Shown: positions 1-9,006 of the stretch, one piece after another
Layout of the letters: every line of letters starts with the position of its first letter
Position numbering within the stretch: position 1 is the stretch's first letter
Assembly (NCBI GenBank): GCA_963528875.1
Contig: CAURWT010000002.1
Span: 180,001 to 212,000 of the forward strand
Length of the DNA: 32,000 bases
Reading direction: 5' to 3'
Source of the DNA: an uncultured Candidatus Saccharimonas sp.
GTDB taxonomy: Bacteria; Patescibacteriota; Saccharimonadia; Saccharimonadales; Saccharimonadaceae
Translations under genes and position numbers: made by a program
Notes under the pieces: model-generated
What the model was told of the DNA's origin: nothing
Seen by the model: only the letters and a program-made list of their open reading frames with translations
Database searches by the model: none

Positions 1-789
1 CTTAGAAATGCTAAAATTGAAAGTTCACAACTTGATGCTGAGCTAATTTTAGCAAACGTTTTAAAAGTTGAACGAACTTTTTTACATGCAAATCCGCAAA
101 AAAAGCTTTCGAAAACTCTGGTTTTTCACGCTAATAACTTTTTAAATAAGCGCCTAAAGAGGATTCCGCTCGCTTATATTTTTCGAGAAAAGGAATTTTT
201 TGGAAGAACTTTTTTCGTGAACGAAAATGTACTAGTTCCTCGCCCAGAAACTGAAACCCTAATTGAAATTACTAAAAAAATTGCCAAAAAAGGTGATAAA
301 ATTTTAGATGTTGGTACAGGTTCTGGAATAATTCCAATCACTCTAAAAGCTGAGCTTGGCGAAAATATTGATTTTTTTGCGAGCGACATTTCACTTCAAG
401 CGCTTTCTGTGGCGAATCTAAACGCTATAAAAATCCTTGAAAGTGAAATTGAGCTTTTCGAAAGTGATCTTTTAAGCCAAATACCGTCAGAAATTCTTTC
501 GAAAATAACAATAATTACAGCAAATTTGCCGTATGTTAATAAAGATTGGATAAATTTCAAAAAGAATAATGAGCTACATTATGAACCACAAATTGCACTT
601 TATGCTCAGAAAAATGGTTTAGAGACAATTTTTAATTTAATTTTTCAAGCTCAAGATTTACCAAAATTGCAAAAAATTATTCTTGAAGCTGACCCTTCTC
701 AATTTGAGGAAATTGAAAATTATGCCAAAAAATGTGGTTTTTCAAAAACTTACTCAGAAAATTACACAATTATTTTCGAAAAAAAATAA
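1..789 (+). CDS. prmC: Release-factor glutamine N5-methyltransferase PrmC/HemK (5' end outside window)
   Basis: Frame 1 is open from nt 1 (LRNAKIESSQLDAELILANVL...RIPLAYIFREKEFFGRTFFVNENVLVPRPETE), so the ORF-track ATG at 217 is internal. SAM motif I is ILDVGTGSGIIP. Catalytic motif IV is present as ANLPYV, a variant of NPPY. Confidence 0.85.
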   Translation, partial: LRNAKIESSQLDAELILANVLKVERTFLHANPQKKLSKTLVFHANNFLNKRLKRIPLAYIFREKEFFGRTFFVNENVLVPRPETETLIEITKKIAKKGDKILDVGTGSGIIPITLKAELGENIDFFASDISLQALSVANLNAIKILESEIELFESDLLSQIPSEILSKITIITANLPYVNKDWINFKKNNELHYEPQIALYAQKNGLETIFNLIFQAQDLPKLQKIILEADPSQFEEIENYAKKCGFSKTYSENYTIIFEKK

Positions 790-849
790 CCCAAATGGAT
801 GTATGACATTCAGCAGTCTAAATAATCTGAGTTCACACATCTTATAAAT

Positions 850-884
850 ACAATAAAGATGACTGCCTTGGTCGTCTTTATTGT
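850..884 (+). terminator. Intrinsic terminator downstream of prmC
   Basis: acaataaagatgac / tgccttg / gtcgtctttattgt. The GC core stem is GATGAC/GTCGTC, with a U:G wobble that is valid only in the plus-strand RNA. It is flanked by an A-rich 5' side and a U-rich 3' side (UUUAUUGU). Confidence 0.6.
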
Positions 885-1139
885 CTGCAAGTGGATTCTA
901 TATAATCTATCTTATCCTTATTTAGAATGTTGTCCGACTTTAATTCTATTGCTAATAGCCATGCTTATTCAAAATATTTTCTAAATACACCACTAATTTC
1001 CTTTCCTTTCAAAGAATATAGGTGAGGTGCATAAGAAAAATAGCCTCTTCATTGTCAATTATTACAAATTGAATCTTTGGGAATTTTGTTTTTTCCTCCT
1101 TATTGTCAAAGCATCTATACTAATAAACGGAACCGTAGT

Positions 1140-1607
1140 TTATATGGTCAAGTACATTTTGTCAATATTACGCTCATAACTAAGAGTAAATATTTCTTTA
1201 TATTCTCTTATATCTTTTTTATGATTGTAGAATTTTCTAATTTCCCTATCAATATGATTGCTTACATACTTTTTCTTGGCCTCATTTCTTAGCATAGGAT
1301 TTATTGCCGTAAAGTTACCCGTTAAGCTCACAAACACCTTCCTTAGTCTATGATATTCGTTTGATAATATAATTATCAACTTCATTAATGTTTTTATAAA
1401 GAATTTAACGCTCTCAGAATGCCCTACGATACTACTTATATACTTAGATAGCTCCTCTATTTTTTCCAATTTATCTCTATTTTCAAACTGGTAAAGAATT
1501 AAAATAGTCGACACCAAAACAAGAAGAACTGAGGATATGGCAGGGTATGTCAACTCTATATCAGGCAATGATTTAAGCATGAAATTATTTACCATATCAT
1601 AAACCAT
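1140..1607 (-). CDS. Hypothetical protein with one N-terminal TM helix
   Basis: 155-aa ORF with a hydrophobic segment (AISSVLLVLVSTILILY) followed by a Lys/Glu-rich soluble part. I recognise no family motif. It lies in a very AT-rich tract. Confidence 0.45.
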   Translation of the reverse strand: MVYDMVNNFMLKSLPDIELTYPAISSVLLVLVSTILILYQFENRDKLEKIEELSKYISSIVGHSESVKFFIKTLMKLIIILSNEYHRLRKVFVSLTGNFTAINPMLRNEAKKKYVSNHIDREIRKFYNHKKDIREYKEIFTLSYERNIDKMYLTI

Positions 1608-1710
1608 TATTATGAAAATTACAAAAATAGTAATATACCCTACTAAAAATTCTATGATTTTTCTATTTTTTCACAATTCACCCCAACTATGTTTGATAGA
1701 TAAAGATAAA

Positions 1711-2487
1711 CTACAGCTTACTTACAAAAAAATCAACAAAAAGATTAGCCATATATTCCCATTTTCCGTCTTGAGTATATCCATGGTCACAATTTTCAAT
1801 CAATATTAACTCGACATCAATTGAAGAAGCTAGTAATTGTGATTGTAGCAATTGGGATTGCCGAAAAGGAATAATCTCATCATTCAACCCATGTGTTATA
1901 AGGCAAGAAGAGGATATATCTGAAGAATCTCTATAGATATTATATTTCATTGGATTATATAAAACGTTTATATTGTATCCATTTTCAGGGCAGTAGCCTG
2001 ATGTCTTCCAATTTATTGCCGCTTCCTCGGAAATCTCATTCAAATAAGCGTCCGGAAGGAAAGCGCACGGTGACTTGAAGCCTTGCGCTTTTACGTTTCG
2101 AAATTCTCTTGAAGCAATAATGACACTTGAACCAAAACTAGAAGAAAATACACCTATTCTGTCAGTATCTACTGCATCTATCTCGTCAATTAGTTTAACA
2201 ACAGTCTTGAAGTCGTCGATCCCTTTTTCTAAAGTCAATTCCTTTCTACTACCTTCACTGTCTCCTAATCCAGAAAAGTCAAAGGTTAGAGAAGCTATCC
2301 CTTTTTTGCTCAATAGTGGGGGGATTTTTGTCCAACTCAAACTCTTGGAGCCGCTAGGCCCATCCCCCGTAAGCATAATAACTAGCGGAAATTTAGTTTT
2401 CGTTTCCTCATTATTTTGCGGAAGAAAAAAATGAGCACATAGCTTTTCTCCCTTTCTATTTTTTGCGTATTTTTCTATCACTTTCAT
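1711..2487 (-). CDS. Alpha/beta-fold hydrolase (dienelactone hydrolase / S9-like)
   Basis: 258 aa with a nucleophile-elbow-like VFSSSFGSS, an acid in HGLNDEIIP and a His in ENCDHGY. This order is typical of alpha/beta hydrolases. Confidence 0.7.
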   Translation of the reverse strand: MKVIEKYAKNRKGEKLCAHFFLPQNNEETKTKFPLVIMLTGDGPSGSKSLSWTKIPPLLSKKGIASLTFDFSGLGDSEGSRKELTLEKGIDDFKTVVKLIDEIDAVDTDRIGVFSSSFGSSVIIASREFRNVKAQGFKSPCAFLPDAYLNEISEEAAINWKTSGYCPENGYNINVLYNPMKYNIYRDSSDISSSCLITHGLNDEIIPFRQSQLLQSQLLASSIDVELILIENCDHGYTQDGKWEYMANLFVDFFVSKL

Positions 2488-2581
2488 CTTTAACTCCTGT
2501 TATAAAATATCTAGTGTCCTTTATATTTTTTAGTAAAATCTATCCTCTCATTAAAGTAAGCCTAGCTAACTAGGGTTATTT

Positions 2582-3739
2582 TTATTTATGATATTCTTCA
2601 AGAGTTGCGCGAGTAGATTTTTCTCTACCGTCTCGAATATAAGAAATTTCAACAGTATCACTAACGGACTTTTCGCCGATTAAAGAACTAACGCTGGAAT
2701 TTTTAGAAACCTCAACGCCATCAATTTTTGTGATTATATCTCCGTCCTTTAAACCAGCTTTTTGTGCAGGGCTACCATAAACAATAGCATTACCTTTTCT
2801 TGACTTAACTAAAGCACCTTTCGAAACATCAAGATTGTATTTTTTTCTAATTTGTGAATTAATTGATATATAACTCGCTCCAAGATAAGCTCGTTTTGGC
2901 TCCTTACCTTCACTAATAGACTTTAAGATACCTTTTACTGAAGAGATCGGTATTGCGAAACCAATGCTTTGAGCTTTAGAGGCGACCGCAGTATTAATTC
3001 CAATCACCTGCCCTTGCGCATTCACTAAAGGACCACCAGAATTTCCACTATTAATTGCTGCATCTGTTTGAATCATATCGGTCAAAACTTCTCTTGAAGA
3101 ACCGTCTTCACTAGAGGCCTCAACCGTACGACCAATTCCAGAAATAATGCCACTCGTGACAGTACCGTCATATTCACCCAAAGCATTTCCGATCGCAATC
3201 ACCTGCTGTCCGATATTTATTTTCTTCGAATCTCCAAGTTCGGCGGCTTTCAATCCTTTTGCGTTCGAAATCTTTAAAATCGCAATATCGCTCATCGGGT
3301 CAATCATAACCACTCTAACGCTTTCACAAGAATCGCCACTATTAGTGATAACTAAAATTTCAGAAGATTTTTCAATAACATGCTTGTTTGTTAAGATATA
3401 GCCATTTTCACTGATAATAATTCCCGTTCCTGCGCTTGCAGAATCTTCTGTTGAATAAAAGAATCTTGAACTTTTTTGATTTTTACTAACAATAGAAACA
3501 ACACTTTGCGAAACTCTATTCGCAACCGACTCAATAGAATTAGAATCCATTTGATTCGTAAAATTTGAAGCTTTATCGCTTGCCGAAAAGTTGAAGTTTG
3601 CAGACCCAGTTTTATTCTTATTGAAATTACTTTTTGATATAATTTGAGCTAAAATAATTATACAAAATACAACCGCCACCATAATTATGGCTATTAAAAA
3701 TTGACTTTTTGGCTTTTTAAAATATTTTCGAAAATTCAT
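2582..3739 (-). CDS. htrA: HtrA/DegP-family serine protease with C-terminal PDZ domain
   Basis: N-terminal TM anchor; catalytic triad context TNKHV, DIAILKI and GNSGGPLVN; PDZ-like AGLKDGDIITKIDGVEV. Confidence 0.9.
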   Translation of the reverse strand: MNFRKYFKKPKSQFLIAIIMVAVVFCIIILAQIISKSNFNKNKTGSANFNFSASDKASNFTNQMDSNSIESVANRVSQSVVSIVSKNQKSSRFFYSTEDSASAGTGIIISENGYILTNKHVIEKSSEILVITNSGDSCESVRVVMIDPMSDIAILKISNAKGLKAAELGDSKKINIGQQVIAIGNALGEYDGTVTSGIISGIGRTVEASSEDGSSREVLTDMIQTDAAINSGNSGGPLVNAQGQVIGINTAVASKAQSIGFAIPISSVKGILKSISEGKEPKRAYLGASYISINSQIRKKYNLDVSKGALVKSRKGNAIVYGSPAQKAGLKDGDIITKIDGVEVSKNSSVSSLIGEKSVSDTVEISYIRDGREKSTRATLEEYHK

Positions 3740-3742
3740 ATC

Positions 3743-4528
3743 TTAACCTTTCGCAACTGGGATTGAAGAAAAGAATAACAATAAAGTCAAGATGAGAATT
3801 GTCGCAAAAATCACCTCTGGTAGAAATTCTTTTCGTTCCCTTTCTTTATCTTTATCTAAAACAATCATATTAAAACCAATAAAACTTAAAACTGTTAAAA
3901 TAATTGCAGCCTGAGGAATTACAAAATTAAAATATGGCGCAAAGTTAATGCGATAACCAATCACCAAAAAGTTAAAAATCCAAGCAAATTCAGCAACAAT
4001 TAGACCCCAAAAAAGACTGAAAATCTCAATATTTAAATCTGCATAAGACGACATAATATGCCGAATTGTTGAATATCCGAGCAAGAATACCAAGATAAAA
4101 ATTAAAGCTTCGTTCCAACCGTAAGTAATCGAATATAAAGCCGAAAACCCAAAAAATACGGTGAAAAGAGCTTGAACTTGCACAAATAATTCTTTTGAAC
4201 TTGGCTTGATAATTGTTAGCCAAAAAATATATAAAGCCAATAGTAGCCCTTGCGAAAAGATATAATCTATACCTGTTGAGAACATTAAAATAACTACACT
4301 CAACGAAAAGATTAAATCAACAAGATTTGATTTTACGTTTGCAAGCCAAAATCTTGGCCGAACAGCAAAAGTTCGCCATTTGCTCACAAAAACCAAGAGA
4401 ATTGCGATCCAAGGAGTCTTAGTAATATAAATGGAGAGCCAAACAATAACCGCCAAAACAATATTTAAAAAAATATGCGCAATATTTCCCCAAAAAGAAT
4501 GTTTTTTCGAAATTCTAATAAAATCCAT
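3743..4528 (-). CDS. Polytopic integral membrane protein, unknown function
   Basis: 261 aa, almost entirely hydrophobic helices (about 7-8 TM). Its stop lies 3 nt upstream of the htrA start, which suggests an operon. Confidence 0.7.
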   Translation of the reverse strand: MDFIRISKKHSFWGNIAHIFLNIVLAVIVWLSIYITKTPWIAILLVFVSKWRTFAVRPRFWLANVKSNLVDLIFSLSVVILMFSTGIDYIFSQGLLLALYIFWLTIIKPSSKELFVQVQALFTVFFGFSALYSITYGWNEALIFILVFLLGYSTIRHIMSSYADLNIEIFSLFWGLIVAEFAWIFNFLVIGYRINFAPYFNFVIPQAAIILTVLSFIGFNMIVLDKDKERERKEFLPEVIFATILILTLLLFFSSIPVAKG

Positions 4529-4604
4529 ACTTTCTCTATTATATCACACAATTTTAAAAATAACCATAATTGAAAATCTTTAAAAATCATGCTAAAATAT
4601 AAAA

Positions 4605-5222
4605 ATGAAGAGTAATTTTTGGCAACGGCATCCTCGAATAGCCGACACTTTCGGGATTTTTGTTTTCTTTTTTTGTGTAACTTTAGGAACAATTTTTATT
4701 AATAATTTTATTTTTCAAAGCTTCACAATTGTTGGCTCGAGTATGGAACCAACTTTTAAAGACGGCGATAAAGCCATTATAAATCGCCTACCCTTAACTT
4801 GGGCAAATTTTACGAACACAAAATTTATACCAAAACGTGGTGAGATTATCGTTTTCGAAAACCCACAGTTTATCGACGGGATGAAAGATCAATATATTAT
4901 TAAACGCGTGATTGCCTTTGCTGGTGAAAGAGTGAAAGTCGAAAAAGGAAAATTAACAGTTTATAACGATAAGCATCCTGACGGTTTTACCCCAGATGAT
5001 AATTTTAATAATGAACCAAAAAAGTATACAAGTCATGATGGAGAATGGACTGTTCCAGAAAATGAAATATTCGTTTCAGGTGATAATCGTGAGGGAAATA
5101 ATTCGTATGACTCCCGAAGCGGTCTTGGTACTGTTCCGCTATATAAAATTGTTGGCCCTGTCGCCTTTCGAATCTTTCCTTTTAATAAAATTCGCAATTT
5201 TGAATATTCACAGAACTATTAA
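4605..5222 (+). CDS. lepB: Signal peptidase I (S26)
   Basis: N-terminal TM; catalytic Ser box GSSMEPTF; Lys box YIIKRVIAFAGERV; C-terminal GDNREGNNSYDSR box. Confidence 0.9.
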   Translation: MKSNFWQRHPRIADTFGIFVFFFCVTLGTIFINNFIFQSFTIVGSSMEPTFKDGDKAIINRLPLTWANFTNTKFIPKRGEIIVFENPQFIDGMKDQYIIKRVIAFAGERVKVEKGKLTVYNDKHPDGFTPDDNFNNEPKKYTSHDGEWTVPENEIFVSGDNREGNNSYDSRSGLGTVPLYKIVGPVAFRIFPFNKIRNFEYSQNY

Positions 5223-5256
5223 AATGTAAAAAATAACCCTTTTAACGGGGTTATTT

Positions 5257-6141
5257 TTATTTTGAAAGAATTTCCTCAAGTCGCTTTAGCTCTTCTTCGC
5301 TTTTAAATTTAATAACGATCTTCCCTGAACCTCTTGCAGAAGTTTTAATATCCACATCTGCACTCAGCTTTTTCGAAATATGTTTAACTGTTTTTTCGAA
5401 AGGATTGTTCACTTTTTTAGGTTCAACTTTTTTAGACTCTTTGATCTGTTTTTTATAATTCACCAAGAATTGCTCAATTTTACGTGAGCTCCAATTTTCT
5501 TCAATAATTTTTGGCAGAATTTTCTTGATAGTTTCCTCATCAATCTTTAAAAGTGGGCGCGCTTGGCCTTCTTTTAACTCGCCAGAAATAATATAATCTT
5601 TAACAATTTGTGGAAGCTTTAATAAACGCAAAGTATTCAAAACTGCACTTTCGCTCCTTCCGCCAACACGTTCACCAATTTCCTTTGCCGTTAAATTAAA
5701 TTGTTCACGAAGTTTTGAATAGGCTTCAGCCATTTCAAGAACATTCAAATTATCGCGCTGAATATTTTCGATCAAACTTAATTCAAGGCGATTTTGGTCA
5801 GAAAGCTCGCGAACAACTGCGGGAACTCTTTCTAGCCCCGCGAGCTTTGAAGCGCGATAGCGCCTCTCACCAGCGACAATTAAAAACTTCGAGTTTTTTC
5901 GAACAACTACAATTGGCTGTAAAACACCATGAATTCTAATTGAGTTTGCGAGTTCTTCAAGCTTTTCTTTATTGAAGTGCCGGCGAGGTTGCTCTGGATC
6001 AGGCGAAATATCACTAATTTTTAGCTCTTTTAGTTGGCTTTTATCATATTCCAAACCTAACTCTGAATCGATTTTTTCATCAATAATCATCTCGGTTGGA
6101 ATCAAAGAAGAGAATCCACGACCAAGTCCTTTTTTCGCCAT
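5257..6141 (-). CDS. parB: Chromosome partitioning protein ParB/Spo0J
   Basis: ParB box LIVAGERRYRASKLAG, an HTH region, and GLGRGFSSLIP at the N-terminus. Its start overlaps the parA stop by 1 nt. Confidence 0.92.
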   Translation of the reverse strand: MAKKGLGRGFSSLIPTEMIIDEKIDSELGLEYDKSQLKELKISDISPDPEQPRRHFNKEKLEELANSIRIHGVLQPIVVVRKNSKFLIVAGERRYRASKLAGLERVPAVVRELSDQNRLELSLIENIQRDNLNVLEMAEAYSKLREQFNLTAKEIGERVGGRSESAVLNTLRLLKLPQIVKDYIISGELKEGQARPLLKIDEETIKKILPKIIEENWSSRKIEQFLVNYKKQIKESKKVEPKKVNNPFEKTVKHISKKLSADVDIKTSARGSGKIVIKFKSEEELKRLEEILSK

Positions 6142-6920
6142 TATTTACCCCCTTCTATACGCTGAATAATCTCTTTCGAAACTGCTTTATAAGCACGAGC
6201 TCCCTTGCTGAATCTATCATAAACACCAATTGGAACACCGTGACTTGGAGCTTCTGCAAGACGAATATTCCGCGGAATTGCATTCGAAAAAATCTTATCT
6301 GGAAAGAATTTTTTAATTTCTTCGAGAACTTGCCCGCCTAAAGTTGTGCGAGAATCCACCATTGTTGGCAAAACCCCAAGAAGCTCAAGGTTTGGATTCA
6401 TCCCTTTTTTTACAAGCTTCATACTTTCAAGAAGCTGGCCAAGACCTTCCATCGCGTAAAATTCAGCCTGAACTGGTAGAATTAAATAATCACTTGCAAT
6501 AAAACCATTCACAGTCAATAAGCTCAAACTTGGTGGAGAATCTAAAATAACATAGTCAAAATCGGCTTCAACAGATTTTAAAGCATCTTTCAATCGAGTA
6601 AATCGACCTTTCGCTGACGCAAGCTCAACTTCGGCATTAGCTAAAATTGGCGTACTTGGTGCAATTTTTAATTTAGAAAACTCTGTTTCAATAATAATTT
6701 CACCTAATTGTTTTTCGCCAGAAACTACATCTGCCATAGTAAAATCAAGATTATTTTTATCAATACCAAGACCGCTAGTTGCATTTCCTTGTGGGTCAAA
6801 ATCAACAAGAAGTGTTCGAAAACCTCGCTTTGCAATAAAATAAGCAATATTTATAGCGCTGGTTGTTTTACCAACCCCCCCTTTTTGATTGGTTATCGAA
6901 ATCACCTTCATAATGTTCAT
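6141..6920 (-). CDS. parA: Chromosome partitioning ATPase ParA/Soj
   Basis: Deviant Walker A NQKGGVGKTT, then DFDPQGNAT and ILDSPPSL. The start could instead be the internal MKVISIT, 3 codons downstream. Confidence 0.92.
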   Translation of the reverse strand: MNIMKVISITNQKGGVGKTTSAINIAYFIAKRGFRTLLVDFDPQGNATSGLGIDKNNLDFTMADVVSGEKQLGEIIIETEFSKLKIAPSTPILANAEVELASAKGRFTRLKDALKSVEADFDYVILDSPPSLSLLTVNGFIASDYLILPVQAEFYAMEGLGQLLESMKLVKKGMNPNLELLGVLPTMVDSRTTLGGQVLEEIKKFFPDKIFSNAIPRNIRLAEAPSHGVPIGVYDRFSKGARAYKAVSKEIIQRIEGGK

Positions 6921-6962
6921 ATTATATCACAAACCTTTAGCACTTTCAACTTTATTTTAATC

Positions 6963-6991
6963 TTGATTTTTGGAATTTTGTATGCTAAAAT
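6963..6991 (+). promoter_or_regulatory. Predicted sigma70 promoter of rplU (extended -10)
   Basis: TTGATT, 17 nt, TAAAAT, with TGc immediately upstream of the -10. A GAGGA Shine-Dalgarno sequence lies before the ATG at 7022. Confidence 0.5.
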
Positions 6992-7021
6992 AATAAAGAT
7001 ATTAAATTTAATGAGGATTTT

Positions 7022-7330
7022 ATGAAAAAAGCAGTCATAAAAGTTGGCGGTAAACAGTTTATCGTTAGCGAAAAAGAGACCCTTCTGGTGGACCTCCTCC
7101 CGCAAGGAACAAAAGAGCTCGAACTTGATGCTTTGATGCTTATTAATGGCGACAAAGTGGAAGTTGGAACTCCTGTTGTGAAAGGCGTGAAAGTTTCCGC
7201 TAAAGTTGTTGACGAACTTGTTAAGGGCGAAAAAATCCGTGTGATCCGTTACAAAGCTAAAAAACGCGTTCACAAAGAAAACGGACATCGTCAAAAATAC
7301 ACTAAAATTGAAATTGCTTCAATTAAATAA
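7022..7330 (+). CDS. rplU: 50S ribosomal protein L21
   Basis: MKKAVIKVGGKQFIVSEKETLLVD...IRVIRYKAKKRVHKENGHRQKYTKIEI is the typical L21 sequence and size (102 aa). Confidence 0.93.
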   Translation: MKKAVIKVGGKQFIVSEKETLLVDLLPQGTKELELDALMLINGDKVEVGTPVVKGVKVSAKVVDELVKGEKIRVIRYKAKKRVHKENGHRQKYTKIEIASIK

Positions 7331-7355
7331 TTAAAAGGTGGCCAGCCATTCAAAA

Positions 7356-7392
7356 ACTAGCTCTCTACTCAAGGGCTAGTTTTTTATTTTTT
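7356..7392 (+). terminator. Intrinsic terminator of rplU
   Basis: Stem actagctct / agggctagt (one G:U), 7-nt loop, followed by TTTTTTATTTTTT. Confidence 0.7.
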
Positions 7393-7505
7393 GTTCGTAG
7401 ATTTAACTATGTATATTTTAGAGTTGATGGATTTAATGAAACACTTAATATTAAAATTGTGCGACATAATTATTTTACTAACTTTTTAAACCCATATCCA
7501 GTAAA

Positions 7506-7539
7506 CCAAAAAATAAACCCCACTAATGCGAGGTTTATT
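7506..7539 (-). terminator. Intrinsic terminator of the surface-protein operon
   Basis: Minus-strand RNA AAUAAACCUC / GCAUUAGU / GGGGUUUAUU (10 bp including one G:U), followed by UUUUUGG. It lies just after the stop at 7552. Confidence 0.65.
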
Positions 7540-7551
7540 CAGTTTTCGAAA

Positions 7552-8994
7552 CTATTCTTTCTCTACTTTTTCAGATTCTTTAGCTTCGTGAGTTTTTGTC
7601 GCTTCAGATTCAACAACATCATTTGCTTTTTTCGTAAATTCAGCAGTTGCTTTTTTCATTTCTTCACGACTTCGGTACCAGTAGGCTACGGCACCAGTAA
7701 TTGCCATAATCGCAATCACCATCATTACAGCCTCAGCAGGACCAGTATGTGGTAGTTCGCTTGGAACTTCAGCACATTTTGGATCATTAGCTGCAAGGTT
7801 TTCAAGACCCGTAATTTTACATTTATCATTACAATTTGGGTCATTCTTCTTTAAGTTTCCTTTTCCAGGAATTTCACAAAATTCTTTGCGTTCTTGTGGT
7901 GTACAATTTTTTTGAACATTCACAACAGCTGTGTTCTCTTTTGAACCATTTTTTGTTGAAACTTGCGCACGATTAACTAATTTATTCAATCCACAAACAA
8001 GTTTATCTCGATCTGCTGTTGCAGTGAACGTTACATAAGCGTTTGAACCGGGAGCATAATTACCGATATTAATTCCAGAAGTTGTGATGTTATCTGAATT
8101 AATTTTTAGACCATTTGGATTTGAACTGTTTTTCAAAACAGTTGAACCTTTTTCATAAGTTAAGTTGTTTGGCAAGAAGTCACGAACCATTACGTTTTCT
8201 TGTGCAACTTCACCATTATTATCATAACCGATTCGATATTCAACTTTTTCGCCAGTTTTTACACTGACATCATTTTTCCACTCAGTTTCACCAATCTTTC
8301 GAACTTGTTTTGTAACTTTAAAGCTTGCTTGTTTTTGAGTTGTAACTTTAACTTTAAACAATACAATTCCAGAATATTGGAAACATCCAGGAATTTTTCC
8401 ATCCATTTGTTCGTAACCAAGTTTTGCGCCAGTGCTATTTACGATACTATCTGGCAAAGCAAAACCATTTGATGGATTTACGTTGTTGTAGTATTTCGCA
8501 GAGCCTGCTACGTAAGAAACTGTAAAGTTTTTACTTGCACTCTTGAATACTACTTGATCCCAGACAGTTGCAGGTTTAGAATTTGAAGCCGAAATTTGAC
8601 CTTGAAGCGTAATTTCTTTTGCCGACTGATTTGGCACACTCGCTTTAGCAGTCACATTTTCAGCAACTAGTTTTAAGTTTGCTGCAGCATTGTTGTGAAC
8701 ATACATTCGAATAAAATATTCACCATCGCTATCAACATCAACTACATCTTTCCATTGATTTGCTGCATCAGTGGTTTTTCTTGCAATAACAAAGTTTCTT
8801 TCATCGCCATAATTTGGGTTATTTGTTATGGCATTGAATGTCACCCTATCTGCAGGTTTTTCGATAGTATAGGTTGCACGACTTGGTCCCCACGCCATTG
8901 CTGCGGTACCACTTAAAACGGTAACCGCAACAACTGCGAAGATTAAACTCAATCGTAAACCAATACTGTTTTTAAAAAACTTTTTGATTTTCAT
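7552..8994 (-). CDS. Secreted surface protein with DUF11-type repeat domain and LPXTG-like C-terminal anchor
   Basis: Signal peptide (LSLIFAVVAVTVLSGTAAMA). Segment FKVTKQVRKIGETEWKNDVSVKTGEKVEYRIGYDNNGEVAQENVMVRDFLPNNLTYEKGS resembles the conserved-repeat (DUF11/TIGR01451) domain. LPHTG is followed by a hydrophobic helix, YWYRSREE, and then an unusual 35-aa charged tail. Confidence 0.8.
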   Translation of the reverse strand: MKIKKFFKNSIGLRLSLIFAVVAVTVLSGTAAMAWGPSRATYTIEKPADRVTFNAITNNPNYGDERNFVIARKTTDAANQWKDVVDVDSDGEYFIRMYVHNNAAANLKLVAENVTAKASVPNQSAKEITLQGQISASNSKPATVWDQVVFKSASKNFTVSYVAGSAKYYNNVNPSNGFALPDSIVNSTGAKLGYEQMDGKIPGCFQYSGIVLFKVKVTTQKQASFKVTKQVRKIGETEWKNDVSVKTGEKVEYRIGYDNNGEVAQENVMVRDFLPNNLTYEKGSTVLKNSSNPNGLKINSDNITTSGINIGNYAPGSNAYVTFTATADRDKLVCGLNKLVNRAQVSTKNGSKENTAVVNVQKNCTPQERKEFCEIPGKGNLKKNDPNCNDKCKITGLENLAANDPKCAEVPSELPHTGPAEAVMMVIAIMAITGAVAYWYRSREEMKKATAEFTKKANDVVESEATKTHEAKESEKVEKE

Positions 8995-9006
8995 TTTTTT
9001 CCTTTT

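Noticed and set aside
914-935. ccttatttagaatgttgt resembles the repeat core (cctaacaatttagaatatgat)
   Set aside because: Only an 8-mer (tttagaat) plus scattered matches in AT-rich DNA. There is no TATAAT end and no neighbouring repeat, so this is probably chance.
7022-7392. rplU is followed by a terminator and not by rpmA (L27)
   Set aside because: This is only a gene-order variation. rpmA can lie elsewhere, and nothing in the sequence is anomalous.
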